From Candidatus Bathyarchaeia archaeon (GTDB lineage: Archaea; Thermoproteota; Bathyarchaeia; Bathyarchaeales; Bathycorpusculaceae), in NCBI GenBank assembly GCA_049512935.1, contig JBEKWR010000004.1, positions 52,808 through 116,807 on the forward strand: a stretch of DNA of 64,000 nt, given 5' to 3'. Shown piece by piece: positions 37,278 to 47,079 of this stretch. Below the pieces are notes generated by a model that was given only the letters and a program-made list of their open reading frames with translations, made no database searches and was not told the origin of the DNA. The position numbers and the translations under genes were made by a program. Positions within the stretch are counted from its first letter, which is position 1. Every line of letters begins with the position of its first letter.

Positions 37278-38693
37278 ATGGAGAAAATAGGTGTACTCGT
37301 CGTTTCCTACGGCGCAAGAGAAGTCGCGATGGCTGACGCGCTTCTGCAGAGCAAACGCTACCAAGTGGAACTCTACGTCGCCGACAAGCAGCGCAACCCC
37401 TTCAACGCGGAAAAAGCCGCAAAACATGCTGTCATACCAAGCCTTGACGTGGGAGAAATCTGCAAGTTCGCCGAAGCCTACAAGGAAAAAATCGACTTCG
37501 CCTTGGTCGGGTCAGAAAAACCCATAATCGAAGGCGTCCGAGACCAAGTTGAGAAACGCACAGGCATCCCCGTCATCTGCCCCAAGCAACAATATGCCAT
37601 CGAAGTCAGCAAAGTTGAGCAACGCCAGCTTTTCGACGAGATTGCGCCAGAAGCGAACCCGCGCTTCAAAGTTTTCAACCCAGCCGACTACGCGAACAAA
37701 TTAGACGTTAAACCTGCCGTTTACAGCTGGCTAGACGAACTTGACAATCAAGCCGTCGTGAAGCCTGATAAGCCAGCCCTTGGAAAAGGCGTAGGCGTTT
37801 GGGGCGACCACTTCGCCAACCGAGAAGAACTTTTTGAGCATTTCATGTCCAACTTCCAGTACGGCAGCGTCATAATCGAAGAAAAAATCGACGGAGAAGA
37901 ATCCAGCTTTATGGCTTTCTGCGACGGCAAACACTTCGTGCCGCTGCCTGACACGCGGGACTACAAACGCGCCTTCGACGACGATCGAGGCCCAAACACG
38001 GGCGGCATGGGCTCATACAAAGACGCAGACGACAAGCTGCCCTTCTTAACGGCGGCTGAACGAGAGGCGGAGCTGGCTTTGGCGAACAAGATTTTCAACG
38101 GGTGGAGCGCCAAAATCAAAGATTACTCCGCGCTTAGGGGCGTGCCCCTGTATCTTGCCTTCATGCACACGGGGCACGGAATCAAAGTTCTCGAGAACAA
38201 CAGTCGCCCAGGCGACCCAGAAATAATCAACCTTCTCGCGTTGATCCAGGACGATTTTGTCGACGTCTGCCTCAAAATGATTGAAGGAAACCTGACAAGC
38301 ATCAAACTGGAAAAGGCTGCGTCTGTCTTGACCTACAAGGTGCCACTTGACTACGGCGGCTACGCAGAAGTCTTCCCGAAAAAAGCGGACAAGACGGCGG
38401 TTAACACTCCAGTTGACCTCTCAAAAGCCTATGCGCTGACAAAGAAGTACGGCAGCCGCATCCGCATTTACCCTGGCTCAATGGAAACAAGAGACGGCAA
38501 AAACTACGCGCTCAAATCGCGTGCGGTGGGCGTTTTAGGCATCGGCGAAAGCATCGAAGAGGCACGCAGCATAAGCCTGGAAGGAACCAAAGCCATCAGT
38601 GGCGGCGCCTTGTGGAGTCGAACAGACGTTGCCTCAAGACAGCATATCGCGAAGAGCGTAAGTCACATGGAAAACCTGAGGCGCAGCGTGTGA
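37278..38693 (+). CDS. purD: phosphoribosylamine--glycine ligase
   Basis: GARE, GKGV, IEEKIDGEE.S, DYKRAFDDDRGPNTGGMG, NSRPGDPE. Confidence 0.92.
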   Translation: MEKIGVLVVSYGAREVAMADALLQSKRYQVELYVADKQRNPFNAEKAAKHAVIPSLDVGEICKFAEAYKEKIDFALVGSEKPIIEGVRDQVEKRTGIPVICPKQQYAIEVSKVEQRQLFDEIAPEANPRFKVFNPADYANKLDVKPAVYSWLDELDNQAVVKPDKPALGKGVGVWGDHFANREELFEHFMSNFQYGSVIIEEKIDGEESSFMAFCDGKHFVPLPDTRDYKRAFDDDRGPNTGGMGSYKDADDKLPFLTAAEREAELALANKIFNGWSAKIKDYSALRGVPLYLAFMHTGHGIKVLENNSRPGDPEIINLLALIQDDFVDVCLKMIEGNLTSIKLEKAASVLTYKVPLDYGGYAEVFPKKADKTAVNTPVDLSKAYALTKKYGSRIRIYPGSMETRDGKNYALKSRAVGVLGIGESIEEARSISLEGTKAISGGALWSRTDVASRQHIAKSVSHMENLRRSV

Positions 38694-39769
38694 AGCGCAT
38701 CTTTATATCCGACTGTGAGGGACCGATCAGCAAGAACGACAACGCCTTCGAGTTAGCTTCAAACTTCATTCCCAACGGTGACAAACTTTTCGTAAACGTA
38801 AGCAGGTACGACGATGTTTTGGCGGATGTTCTGCACAAGCCCGGTTACTCTGCAGGCGCCACGTTGAAGCTCATCTTGCCCTTCTTTAAGGCGTACGGCG
38901 TCACCGACAGGCAGATGGAAGAGTACTCAGCCAACAACATAGTCCTAATCACTGACAGCCAAACAACCCTTAGGCACGTGCAATCCATTGCCGACGCCTT
39001 CATCGTCAGCACAAGCTACGAACACTACATCAAAGCCCTCTGCAAAACCGTGAGCTTTCCTTTCAAGAACACGTACTGCACCAAAGTAAGCCTCGACAAG
39101 ACCGCCATCTCCCCGCAGGAAAAAGAGCGCTTAAGAACCATAGCCCAAGAAATCGCGCTGATGCACAAAGTTGACATTCCGAAGGCGGCAAAGGCGCTTG
39201 AAGATTTTTCCGAAAGCGACCAAGCGGTCATTCAACGTTTAGACGAGATATTCTGGAGCGAAATTCCAAAGATGTTTGTCGGAAAATTCCTCGTTGACGT
39301 GGTGACGGTCGGTGGAGAACAGAAGGCTGAGGCAATCCGCGATGCGGTTCGACGTTCAGGCGCGGATTTGGCGGGTGTCATGTATGTGGGGGACAGCATC
39401 ACCGACGCGGAAGCCTTCAAACTCGTGCGTGCTAACGGCGGATTAACGGTTTCTTTTAACGGCAACGGATACGCGGTTAGGACCGCTGAAGTCGCCATAT
39501 TATCGGAGAGCAGTCTCGTCACCGCCGTGGTTGCGGACTTGTTCTGCAGGTTCGGGAAAGAAAAAGCGGTAAGCACGGTTCAAGAGTGGGGTTTTGAAAC
39601 GCTCAAAAACAGCGGTGTTGACTCTTCACTGCTTAAACAGCTTTCACAACTTTGCCCTGACGTGTTGCCTAAAGTTGAAATAGTGACGCCTCAAAATATG
39701 GAGGCGTTGGCAAAGGAAAGCAGCGAGTTCAGAGGGAAAGTGCGGGGAGTTGTGGGGAGGCTCGGGTAA
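38690..39769 (+). CDS. HAD-superfamily hydrolase (EhaR-like)
   Basis: Motif I variant FISDCEGP, motif II IVSTS, motif IV YVGDSITD..A, SFNGN; GTGA overlap with the purD stop. Confidence 0.8.
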   Translation: MKRIFISDCEGPISKNDNAFELASNFIPNGDKLFVNVSRYDDVLADVLHKPGYSAGATLKLILPFFKAYGVTDRQMEEYSANNIVLITDSQTTLRHVQSIADAFIVSTSYEHYIKALCKTVSFPFKNTYCTKVSLDKTAISPQEKERLRTIAQEIALMHKVDIPKAAKALEDFSESDQAVIQRLDEIFWSEIPKMFVGKFLVDVVTVGGEQKAEAIRDAVRRSGADLAGVMYVGDSITDAEAFKLVRANGGLTVSFNGNGYAVRTAEVAILSESSLVTAVVADLFCRFGKEKAVSTVQEWGFETLKNSGVDSSLLKQLSQLCPDVLPKVEIVTPQNMEALAKESSEFRGKVRGVVGRLG

Positions 39770-39770
39770 A

Positions 39771-40679
39771 ATGGTGAAGGCGGAAATCGAGGACACGTAC
39801 GCTGAAGCTTTCACTGGACTCTTTTGCCGCGTAATCGTGACCGCCGACGACGAGGAAACCCTTCGTAAGGCTGCTGCGGATTCTACGGCAACCCCATCGG
39901 TCGTTATCGGCAGGACAGAAGGCGGAATCGAAAAGTACCTTACCCAAAAAGAAACCCCTGACCAGCGCTTAGGCGCGTTGCTTCAGTTCTGGGGCGAAAT
40001 TAACCCGAAGAAAACCTTTGAGCAGTCGCTCAAGAAGTTTGAATCTGAGCTTTCCTACCGCATCCGCCAAGACATTCTTGTTAAGCCTTTCACCGCCGTC
40101 TACGACGCCCTGCCAGACGCTGAGGGCAAACTGGACATGATGGAGACTGTTGGACACTGCGGCGACGGGTACGAGTGGATTGAAAAACGCCGTGGCAGAG
40201 AGGTCATAGTTGTCCCCTTGATGGTTCCCGACTTCGTTATTGAACGGTGTTTAGGCTACGCGCGTGGCGTTATGGGAGGCAACTTTTGGGTTATGTGCAA
40301 AACCAAGCAAGCCATGAAACAGGCGGGAAAGAAGGCTTTAGCCGCAGTCCACACGGTGCTCGGAGTCGTGACACCTTTTGACGTTTGCTCCGCAGGCTCT
40401 AAACCCGAAACCCATTTTCCAAAGATCGGTCCAACCACCAATCACCTGTACTGCCCGTCGCTTAAGGCGCGGTTAGGCACGGAATCCCATGTTCCCGACG
40501 GCGTAGGTTACATAGCTGAAATAGTCATTGACGGGGTTTCTTTGGAAGCGGTCAAAAAAGCAACTAAAGCGGGAATCCAAGCGGTACGGGACATTGACGG
40601 GGTCGTGAGGGTTTCCGCTGGCAATTACGGTGGCAAACTGGGCGACTACAAAATAAGTTTGCGGGAGTTGTTTCCATGA
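39771..40679 (+). CDS. formylmethanofuran:H4MPT formyltransferase (Ftr) family protein, divergent paralogue
   Basis: IEDTYAEAF, ETPD, GDG.E, GGNF, GSK, TNH.YCP.L, SAGNYGGKLG; starts 1 nt after the HAD stop. Confidence 0.88.
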   Translation: MVKAEIEDTYAEAFTGLFCRVIVTADDEETLRKAAADSTATPSVVIGRTEGGIEKYLTQKETPDQRLGALLQFWGEINPKKTFEQSLKKFESELSYRIRQDILVKPFTAVYDALPDAEGKLDMMETVGHCGDGYEWIEKRRGREVIVVPLMVPDFVIERCLGYARGVMGGNFWVMCKTKQAMKQAGKKALAAVHTVLGVVTPFDVCSAGSKPETHFPKIGPTTNHLYCPSLKARLGTESHVPDGVGYIAEIVIDGVSLEAVKKATKAGIQAVRDIDGVVRVSAGNYGGKLGDYKISLRELFP

Positions 40680-41593
40680 CAAAGTTTGATGTTGTCGGCT
40701 TTGGCGCGCTTAACGTTGACATGCTCCTCAAAGTCGATAGGCTTGCAGGCGCGGAGGAAGAAAGTTTTATTGCGGATTACGCTGAGGCTTGCGGCGGCTC
40801 AGCTGCGAACACCATGGTTGGGCTGGCGAGGCTCGGGTGTAAAGTCGGGTTCATAGGAAAAGTGGCGAACGACCGTGAAGGCAAACTGCAAATTGACTGT
40901 TTTAACAGTGAAGGCGTTGACACGGGCGGCATCATTCAGGCAAAGCATGGGAAAAGCGGTTCAGTTTTGGGCTTCGTGGACAAGAAAGGCGCAAGAGCCC
41001 TGTACATTAACCCAGGCGTTAATGACACAATTGAGCCTCGGGAAATAAATTACGGTTACACCTTGGAAACGAAATTTCTGCATTACTCATCTTTTGTTGG
41101 AGAAAAATCTCTTCGTGCGCAAAAAAAGCTCTTAGGTGCCCTGCACAGCGATGTTAAAATCAGCTTTGACCCAGGTTCAGTTTATGCACAGAAAGGTTTT
41201 GCCGCAATAGAACCGATAATTCGCAGTTCTTATGTTTTGATGCCTAACGCTGGTGAACTTGAACTTTTAACTGGAGAAGCTGATGTCCCCAGAGGCGCCG
41301 ATTTGATGCTTGATGCAGGCGTCAAAATCGTCGCAGTTAAGCTCGGCGACAGGGGCTGCTACGTCACTGACGGGCAGGAACGGCTGAAAATCGAGCCTTT
41401 CAAAGTTAAAGTCGTCGACACAACCGGGGCAGGGGACGCTTTCTGCGCGGGATTCCTCTACGGCTTAATCAACGACAAAAGTCTCCAAGAATGCGGGCGA
41501 CTGGGAAATTTCGTCGCTTCAAGATGCGTCATGCAGATGGGTGCGCGTGCAGGTTTGCCTTACGCTAAAGATTTAGTGGCATTTCTTGGTTAG
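40676..41593 (+). CDS. PfkB/ribokinase family kinase (nucleoside kinase-like)
   Basis: GGSAANT..GLARLG, VVDTTGAGDAF; ATGA overlap with the Ftr-like gene. Confidence 0.93.
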   Translation: MTKFDVVGFGALNVDMLLKVDRLAGAEEESFIADYAEACGGSAANTMVGLARLGCKVGFIGKVANDREGKLQIDCFNSEGVDTGGIIQAKHGKSGSVLGFVDKKGARALYINPGVNDTIEPREINYGYTLETKFLHYSSFVGEKSLRAQKKLLGALHSDVKISFDPGSVYAQKGFAAIEPIIRSSYVLMPNAGELELLTGEADVPRGADLMLDAGVKIVAVKLGDRGCYVTDGQERLKIEPFKVKVVDTTGAGDAFCAGFLYGLINDKSLQECGRLGNFVASRCVMQMGARAGLPYAKDLVAFLG

Positions 41594-42394
41594 GTTGTCG
41601 ATGATGCTTTGGAAGATTAGTTTTCCGTCGCCGTACTGCGTCATCTGCTGTTGCCTTGTCCAGTCAGGCTGCTGCCACCAGTACATCGCCCTCTCCGGGT
41701 GAGGCATAAGCCCGAAGACGTTTCCTTCCCTATTGCACAGGCCCGCGATGTCGAAGGTTGAGCCGTTCGGGTTGACTGGGTACTTGCCGTCCGCTACGTC
41801 GCCGTTTTTGTCGCAGTAGCGGAAAACCACCATGTCTTTATCAGCCAGTTCCGCAAGCAACTCCCTCTCTTTCTCTTTTGGGAAAAGCAGTCTGCCTTCC
41901 CCGTGAGCAATGGGCATCCTCAGCACTTTTCCAGCGGGGATTTTGTTTGTGAACGCGCATTTTCCACGGTTTTCATGCTTCAGGTAAACCCACTGGCACT
42001 TGAAGCCTGCAGGTTCATTGTTGGTTAACGTGGCTTCTGGGTAAGTGCTCACGCCTTTGAAGCCTGGCAGCAAACCGTACTCAACCATTATTTGGAAGCC
42101 GTTGCATATGCCCAGAATGGGTCTGCCTTCGTCGATGAATTTTTCCATTTCCTTGCCGAGCTTGGCGCTGAGGTGCCTCGCGAAAATCACGCCTGAACGC
42201 ACATAGTCGCCAAACGAGAAGCCGCCTGGAAAAACCAGAACCTGATAATCCAGCAAACTGTGAAGTTTCGCCAGTTCGTTAACCTGCAAGACGTCCGCTT
42301 GGATGCCTAGCTCCTGAAAAGCCCGCTGGGTCTCAGCGTCACAGTTGGTTCCGCCGACACGCATCACGCAAACTTTGATTTCTTCCTGCTCCAT
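41573..42394 (-). CDS. purQ: FGAM synthase glutaminase subunit
   Basis: GTNC, PGGFSFGD, GICNGFQ, AHGEG, MPHPER. Confidence 0.96.
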   Translation of the reverse strand: MEQEEIKVCVMRVGGTNCDAETQRAFQELGIQADVLQVNELAKLHSLLDYQVLVFPGGFSFGDYVRSGVIFARHLSAKLGKEMEKFIDEGRPILGICNGFQIMVEYGLLPGFKGVSTYPEATLTNNEPAGFKCQWVYLKHENRGKCAFTNKIPAGKVLRMPIAHGEGRLLFPKEKERELLAELADKDMVVFRYCDKNGDVADGKYPVNPNGSTFDIAGLCNREGNVFGLMPHPERAMYWWQQPDWTRQQQMTQYGDGKLIFQSIIDNLTKKCH

Positions 42395-42395
42395 C

Positions 42396-44786
42396 TTAGG
42401 AACCTCCACTCAACGTTTTCTTCCAGCTGCCCCGCAGCTCTGCAAGCGAAGCGTCGACAGCGATTTTTCCTTTTAACCCGTTAATGACTAGACGTTGGTC
42501 TTCGGTTACCCTGCCAATTTGGGCGCAGGGCTTGCCTTTCATTAGAAGTTCAAAGTCCCGCTTATCCTGCTCTGGCACTTCCAGCAGGAAACGGCTGTTC
42601 GACTCGGAAAACAACACAAAATCATCGCGCTCCACTCCTTTAGCGGGCACTTTGCATAAATCCAGCTGCAAACCGTAGCCGCCAGCAAACGCCATCTCCG
42701 CCGCCGCCACCGCCAACCCTCCTTCCGAGAGGTCGTGGCATGACCTGATTAAGCCCGAGTCTATGGCTTTAGTTACTGTTCTGAACGTGCGTTTGGCTTT
42801 GGCGCCTTTAACTTTTGGAACGCTTGCGCCCAAGTAGCCTTTAAGCCTGTAGTATTCTGAACCGCCAAGCTCGCTGAAGGTTTCGCCAGCGACGTAGAGC
42901 AGGTTGCCTGGCGCTTTCAAATCCATCGAAGTGACAAATTGGATGTTTGGAATTATGCCCACAGCGGTTATCAGCAGTGTCGGCGTGACTGGTCCCATCG
43001 GAGACTCGTTGTAGAGGCTGTCTTTTCCCGAGATAAACGGCGTCTTGAACGCCACGGCAAAGTCGTAGCATGCTTGGCAGGCTCTCACCAAAGTGCCTAG
43101 ACGCTCTGGCTTCTCAGGGTTGCCCCATGTGAAGTTGTCCAGCAGCGCTATTCTTCTTCCGCCCACGGAGATGTTGTTGCGTACCGCTTCGTCAATGGCT
43201 GAAGCCGCCATCCAGTACGCGTCGATCTTGCCGTAGTTCGGGTTCATTCCGCATGAAATTGCTAAGCCTTTCCAAGAGTCGTCAAGAGGTTTGAGCACGG
43301 CGGCATCGTTTGGACCGGCATACTCGCCTTGCAGGGGTTTAAGCGTCGTGTTTCCCTTTACCTCATGATCGTATGTTCGTATGACGCTTTCTTTGCTGGC
43401 GATGTTTGGCGCCCCAAGCAGCTGAAGCAGGGTTTCAGTCAGGTTTTTTGGCTCTGGAAACTCGGGTTCAACGAAGTTTTGTCTTTCAAGTGTCGCTGTC
43501 TTCGTGCTTTTGCACGGATTAAACAGGAAATCCATGTCCATGTCAGCAACTTTTTCCCCGTTGAAATCAAGCTCAAGCCGACGCAAAGGGGTGAGTTTGC
43601 CTATCGCTGTGGCTTCTACGTCTTCTTTTGCGAAAATCGCCATCACTCGCTCCAAGTTCTCAGGCGGCACGGTTATGAGCATTCTTTCCTGTGATTCAGA
43701 AATGTAAATCTCCCACGGCGCTACACCTTGATACTTGAGCGGCACCCTGTCAAGTTCAATCGTTACTCCACACCCGAATCTTTCAGCTGTTTCTCCAACA
43801 GCAGAGGATAAACCCCCGCCGCCAAGGTCAGTCGTCGCCGACGCAAGCTGCAGGTCGCGGATTTCAATTATTGCCCGTTTGACTTTCTCCTCTTCGATTG
43901 GATCGGCGATTTGCACGGCTGGACGGGAAATCTCCTCCGACTTCTCGGTTAATTCCGCAGAGGCGAAGGTAACGCCGTGTATGCCATCGCGTCCAGTTTT
44001 TCCACCTGCCAGAACAACGATGTGCCCTGGCTTGGCGTTTTTTGTGAACTTGTCAAGTGGCAAGATTCCTATGCATCCGCAGTAAACGGTGACGTTGCCC
44101 GTGTAGCTTTCATCAAAGTAAATTGCCCCGTTCACGGTTGGGATGCCCATGTTGTTTCCGTAGGCGCTGATGCCCGCCGTGACGCCCATGTAAACGTATT
44201 TTGGGTGTTTCACGCCCGCGGGAAGCTTGTTGTAATCGTAATCCAGCGGTCCGAAGCCTAAAACGTCCGTGCAGGCGATCGGGTCAGCCCACACGCCGAG
44301 GATGTCTCTGATTACGCCGCCGACGCCTGTGGCTGCTCCGCCGAATGGTTCCACAGCGGACGGGTGGTTGTGCGTTTCAACTTTTGCTGCTATGCCGTAG
44401 CCCCTGTCGAATCGGACGATGCCTGCGTTGTCTTCGAATACGCTGAAGCACCATGGCGGGTTGATTTGTTTGGTGGCTTTTGCGACGTAGGTTTTGAAGA
44501 GGCTGTCGATTTCTTTGCCGTCGAAGAAGATTTTTCCTTTGAAAGTCTTGTGGCAGCAGTGTTCTGACCAGGTTTGGCTGATGGTTTGCAGTTCAACGTC
44601 GGTCGGGTTTCTGCCTTCACGTTTGAAGTACGCTCGGATGCTCTTCAACTCTTCAAGGCTTAAGCCTAAGGCTAGCTCGTCGCTGGCTTCGGCGAGTTGC
44701 TGCTCGCTGGCTTCGGCTAAGGCTACCTCGTACAGCAGATAGCCCGCTTTGCGTGGGACGTAGAGGTTGGCGTTCTTAGCGTTCAT
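42396..44786 (-). CDS. purL: FGAM synthase subunit PurL
   Basis: QTWSEHC.H, ETHNHPS, DLGGGG, SESQERM, SGKDS, HDLSEGG. Confidence 0.97.
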   Translation of the reverse strand: MNAKNANLYVPRKAGYLLYEVALAEASEQQLAEASDELALGLSLEELKSIRAYFKREGRNPTDVELQTISQTWSEHCCHKTFKGKIFFDGKEIDSLFKTYVAKATKQINPPWCFSVFEDNAGIVRFDRGYGIAAKVETHNHPSAVEPFGGAATGVGGVIRDILGVWADPIACTDVLGFGPLDYDYNKLPAGVKHPKYVYMGVTAGISAYGNNMGIPTVNGAIYFDESYTGNVTVYCGCIGILPLDKFTKNAKPGHIVVLAGGKTGRDGIHGVTFASAELTEKSEEISRPAVQIADPIEEEKVKRAIIEIRDLQLASATTDLGGGGLSSAVGETAERFGCGVTIELDRVPLKYQGVAPWEIYISESQERMLITVPPENLERVMAIFAKEDVEATAIGKLTPLRRLELDFNGEKVADMDMDFLFNPCKSTKTATLERQNFVEPEFPEPKNLTETLLQLLGAPNIASKESVIRTYDHEVKGNTTLKPLQGEYAGPNDAAVLKPLDDSWKGLAISCGMNPNYGKIDAYWMAASAIDEAVRNNISVGGRRIALLDNFTWGNPEKPERLGTLVRACQACYDFAVAFKTPFISGKDSLYNESPMGPVTPTLLITAVGIIPNIQFVTSMDLKAPGNLLYVAGETFSELGGSEYYRLKGYLGASVPKVKGAKAKRTFRTVTKAIDSGLIRSCHDLSEGGLAVAAAEMAFAGGYGLQLDLCKVPAKGVERDDFVLFSESNSRFLLEVPEQDKRDFELLMKGKPCAQIGRVTEDQRLVINGLKGKIAVDASLAELRGSWKKTLSGGS

Positions 44787-45034
44787 TGCTGCGCCTCAAG
44801 GGTCACCGTGTAATTGTCTTTGGTCGGGTTTGCCAGAAGGCGCTTGCACATTTCTTCCGCCTTTGCCTTTGCCTCTTTAGGTGTTGCTGCGTCAAGCGTC
44901 ACAGTGTAGACTTTGCTCACGTCTACGGCTTCCACCTTGTAGCCGAGTTCCTTCAGTAAACGGGCTGTTGTTTCCCCTTCAGGGTTGCTGTGCCCTGGCT
45001 TTAGGCTGACTTCGATTTTGGCTTGGTATTTCAT
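44783..45034 (-). CDS. purS: FGAM synthase subunit PurS
   Basis: LKPG..NPEG, MCKRLLANP; located between purM and purL. Confidence 0.93.
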   Translation of the reverse strand: MKYQAKIEVSLKPGHSNPEGETTARLLKELGYKVEAVDVSKVYTVTLDAATPKEAKAKAEEMCKRLLANPTKDNYTVTLEAQQ

Positions 45035-45092
45035 AAATCCTTTAAATTATCCTACAGGATTTAAACGCTTTCGACATAAAAAAAGCAAAACT

Positions 45093-46172
45093 TTACGTTA
45101 AAACCAGCCTTTTATTTTGGTACTCTATTACCACCGTTTGCTTGTCCGTCACTTTGCCTATCAATTCAGGCTGTGCACCTTGCCGTTCCAGCGTGCTCAT
45201 GGCTTTATCAACCTCCGCTCTGCCGACAATTATGCCGAAGCCCCATCCCATGTTGAAAGTTTTGAACATCTCCTCATCAGAAATGCTGTAGCCCAGTTCC
45301 AGAGCGGTTTTTTGGATTAACCCAAATATGGGTTGAGGTTTGAAGTTTGTGAATTTAAATCCTATTCCAGGCGAAAAATTGGCAAGGTTGCCAAATTTCA
45401 TGTAAGCGTCGCCCGTTATGTGAACCGCGGCTTTAACCTTAACCTGCTTGGCTACTTTGAGAAGCGGTTTAACGTAGATTTTTGTGGGCTTCAGCGCCTC
45501 AAGAACGATCTCCGTGTCGAAGCCGTCGGGGATGTCGTTGGGTTCGTATTTTCCGCCCCACAGCTTAAAGAGAATCTTTCGCACCATCGTCAAGCCGTTG
45601 CTGTGTACCCCGCTGCTTGCCAAGCCTATTATTGGGTCTTCGGGCTTGATGTTTTCGCCCGTGATGATCTCCTGCCTTTCAACGGTGCCGACCGACGTAA
45701 CCACCATGTCAAAACCGACCCTTTGAGCCAAGCCCTTTATTATCTCCGCCACGTCGCCCGTTTCGCCTCCCGTGACTGGGCACTCGGCGTCGGCGGCGCC
45801 TTGAATTATCCCCTTCAGGAGTTCTCTGACAAGCTTAGGTTTGCTGGCTTGCACGTGGATGTTGTCGGCTATGGAGAGTGGTCTGGCTCCTGAACGTATC
45901 ACGTCGTTGACCGCCATCGCCACGGCGTCCACGCCTATTGTGTCGTACTTGTCGGCTAGCTGCGCGAGCAGCACTTTGGTGCCAACGCCTTCGATGACAA
46001 GGTCCAGGAAGGTGTTTTCTCCCACTGGGAAGATGTTGCCGTATGGGAGCCTCATGACGTTTCCGAAGTGGCTGTGTTTGTAGGTCTCCGTAAGTTTTTT
46101 AAGCGCCTTTTTGGATTCGACGCGTTGCTCCCGGTTTACTCCTGCGTCCGTGTATGTGTAGTTTTTAGGCAA
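45093..46172 (-). CDS. purM: AIR synthetase
   Basis: YTDAGV, EGVGTK, GGET, SSGVHSNG, HITG, TFNMG. Confidence 0.95.
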   Translation of the reverse strand: MPKNYTYTDAGVNREQRVESKKALKKLTETYKHSHFGNVMRLPYGNIFPVGENTFLDLVIEGVGTKVLLAQLADKYDTIGVDAVAMAVNDVIRSGARPLSIADNIHVQASKPKLVRELLKGIIQGAADAECPVTGGETGDVAEIIKGLAQRVGFDMVVTSVGTVERQEIITGENIKPEDPIIGLASSGVHSNGLTMVRKILFKLWGGKYEPNDIPDGFDTEIVLEALKPTKIYVKPLLKVAKQVKVKAAVHITGDAYMKFGNLANFSPGIGFKFTNFKPQPIFGLIQKTALELGYSISDEEMFKTFNMGWGFGIIVGRAEVDKAMSTLERQGAQPELIGKVTDKQTVVIEYQNKRLVLT

Positions 46173-46758
46173 GCTGCTTCTCCTCGCGTATTCTTTCTGA
46201 CACGTTAAAGATAACGATTGTGCTTGCTTTTTCGCTGAGGCTACTTTTTTTTGGTTTTTTGCTGGATTAATTCAAGTTCTTGAGGCTTAACTGGCTTCTC
46301 CAAAAACGATCCGCTTGTCATGATGTTTTTTGTCAGCCTTCACTTAAAAAACTGTTATTCCAAAAAATGGAATACGCAAACAAGAACTAATGTGTTGCCC
46401 CGCTTTCTTTGTTTCGGGGTTGTGTTTTTTAAGTTGAGGCTTTTGTCCTGAGAAAAGCCGTGGTTTTCCGCCTCAGCGCGACCCATTTTTACATTGGAAT
46501 TTTGATGTAAATACTAGACCCCCTCCCCTCGGTCGATGGTTTTGGGAAGGACTCAATTCTGGTTGGCTTTTTGGTTTAGAGCCGAAATTAAGCTGAAAAG
46601 ATTTCTTGTTCTCACGCAGAAGACAAAGAACTAGCCGAAAAAACAGGTATAAACCCATTGATACCTGATTCGCGGCATCTGTTCCTTGCGACAGGTCGCA
46701 CAAGTCAGGGTTTGTTTTGGGTTGATTTGTTGGTTTAGGCTTGGCTTCAGCTTTTTCA

Positions 46759-46831
46759 TTGCGACTTCCGCATGGGCAGAATGCGACTTTCCATGTTGAC
46801 TCCTTGTTAGCGGCATTGTCGGTTATGGGCG
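46759..46831 (+). repeat. dispersed intergenic repeat, copy 2
   Basis: 64/73 identical to 7049-7121. Confidence 0.85.
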
Positions 46832-46990
46832 AATCGGGTTTCGGGTTCGGTGGGTTTTGGAGCCGTAATGGAAGGATTCGAGGTTTTCACGGCTGCTGCT
46901 TTTGGGATGGGCGGCTGCGGTGTCCCTGCGGCGCGTAGCAGAGAGTCATTCTTTATATTTTAGCCATCAATTTCAATTACTGCATCCCGC

Positions 46991-47067
46991 GCGGTCGTAG
47001 TCTAGCTTGGTTAGGACATCAGGTTCCCAACCTGACAACCCGGGTTCAAATCCCGGTGACCGCACCA
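46991..47067 (+). tRNA. tRNA-Gly(CCC)
   Basis: Acceptor GCGGTCG/TGACCGC, anticodon arm TCAGG-TTCCCAA-CCTGA, T-arm CCGGG-TTCAAAT-CCCGG, encoded CCA. Confidence 0.95.
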
Positions 47068-47079
47068 TCATGCTACACA

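Noticed and set aside
41573-41593. 21-bp overlap of the convergent pfkB and purQ ends as antisense regulation
   Set aside because: Short convergent overlaps are common in compact archaeal genomes.
46473-46938. Short ORFs between purM and tRNA-Gly
   Set aside because: They overlap the dispersed repeat, are mutually overlapping and show no coding signal.
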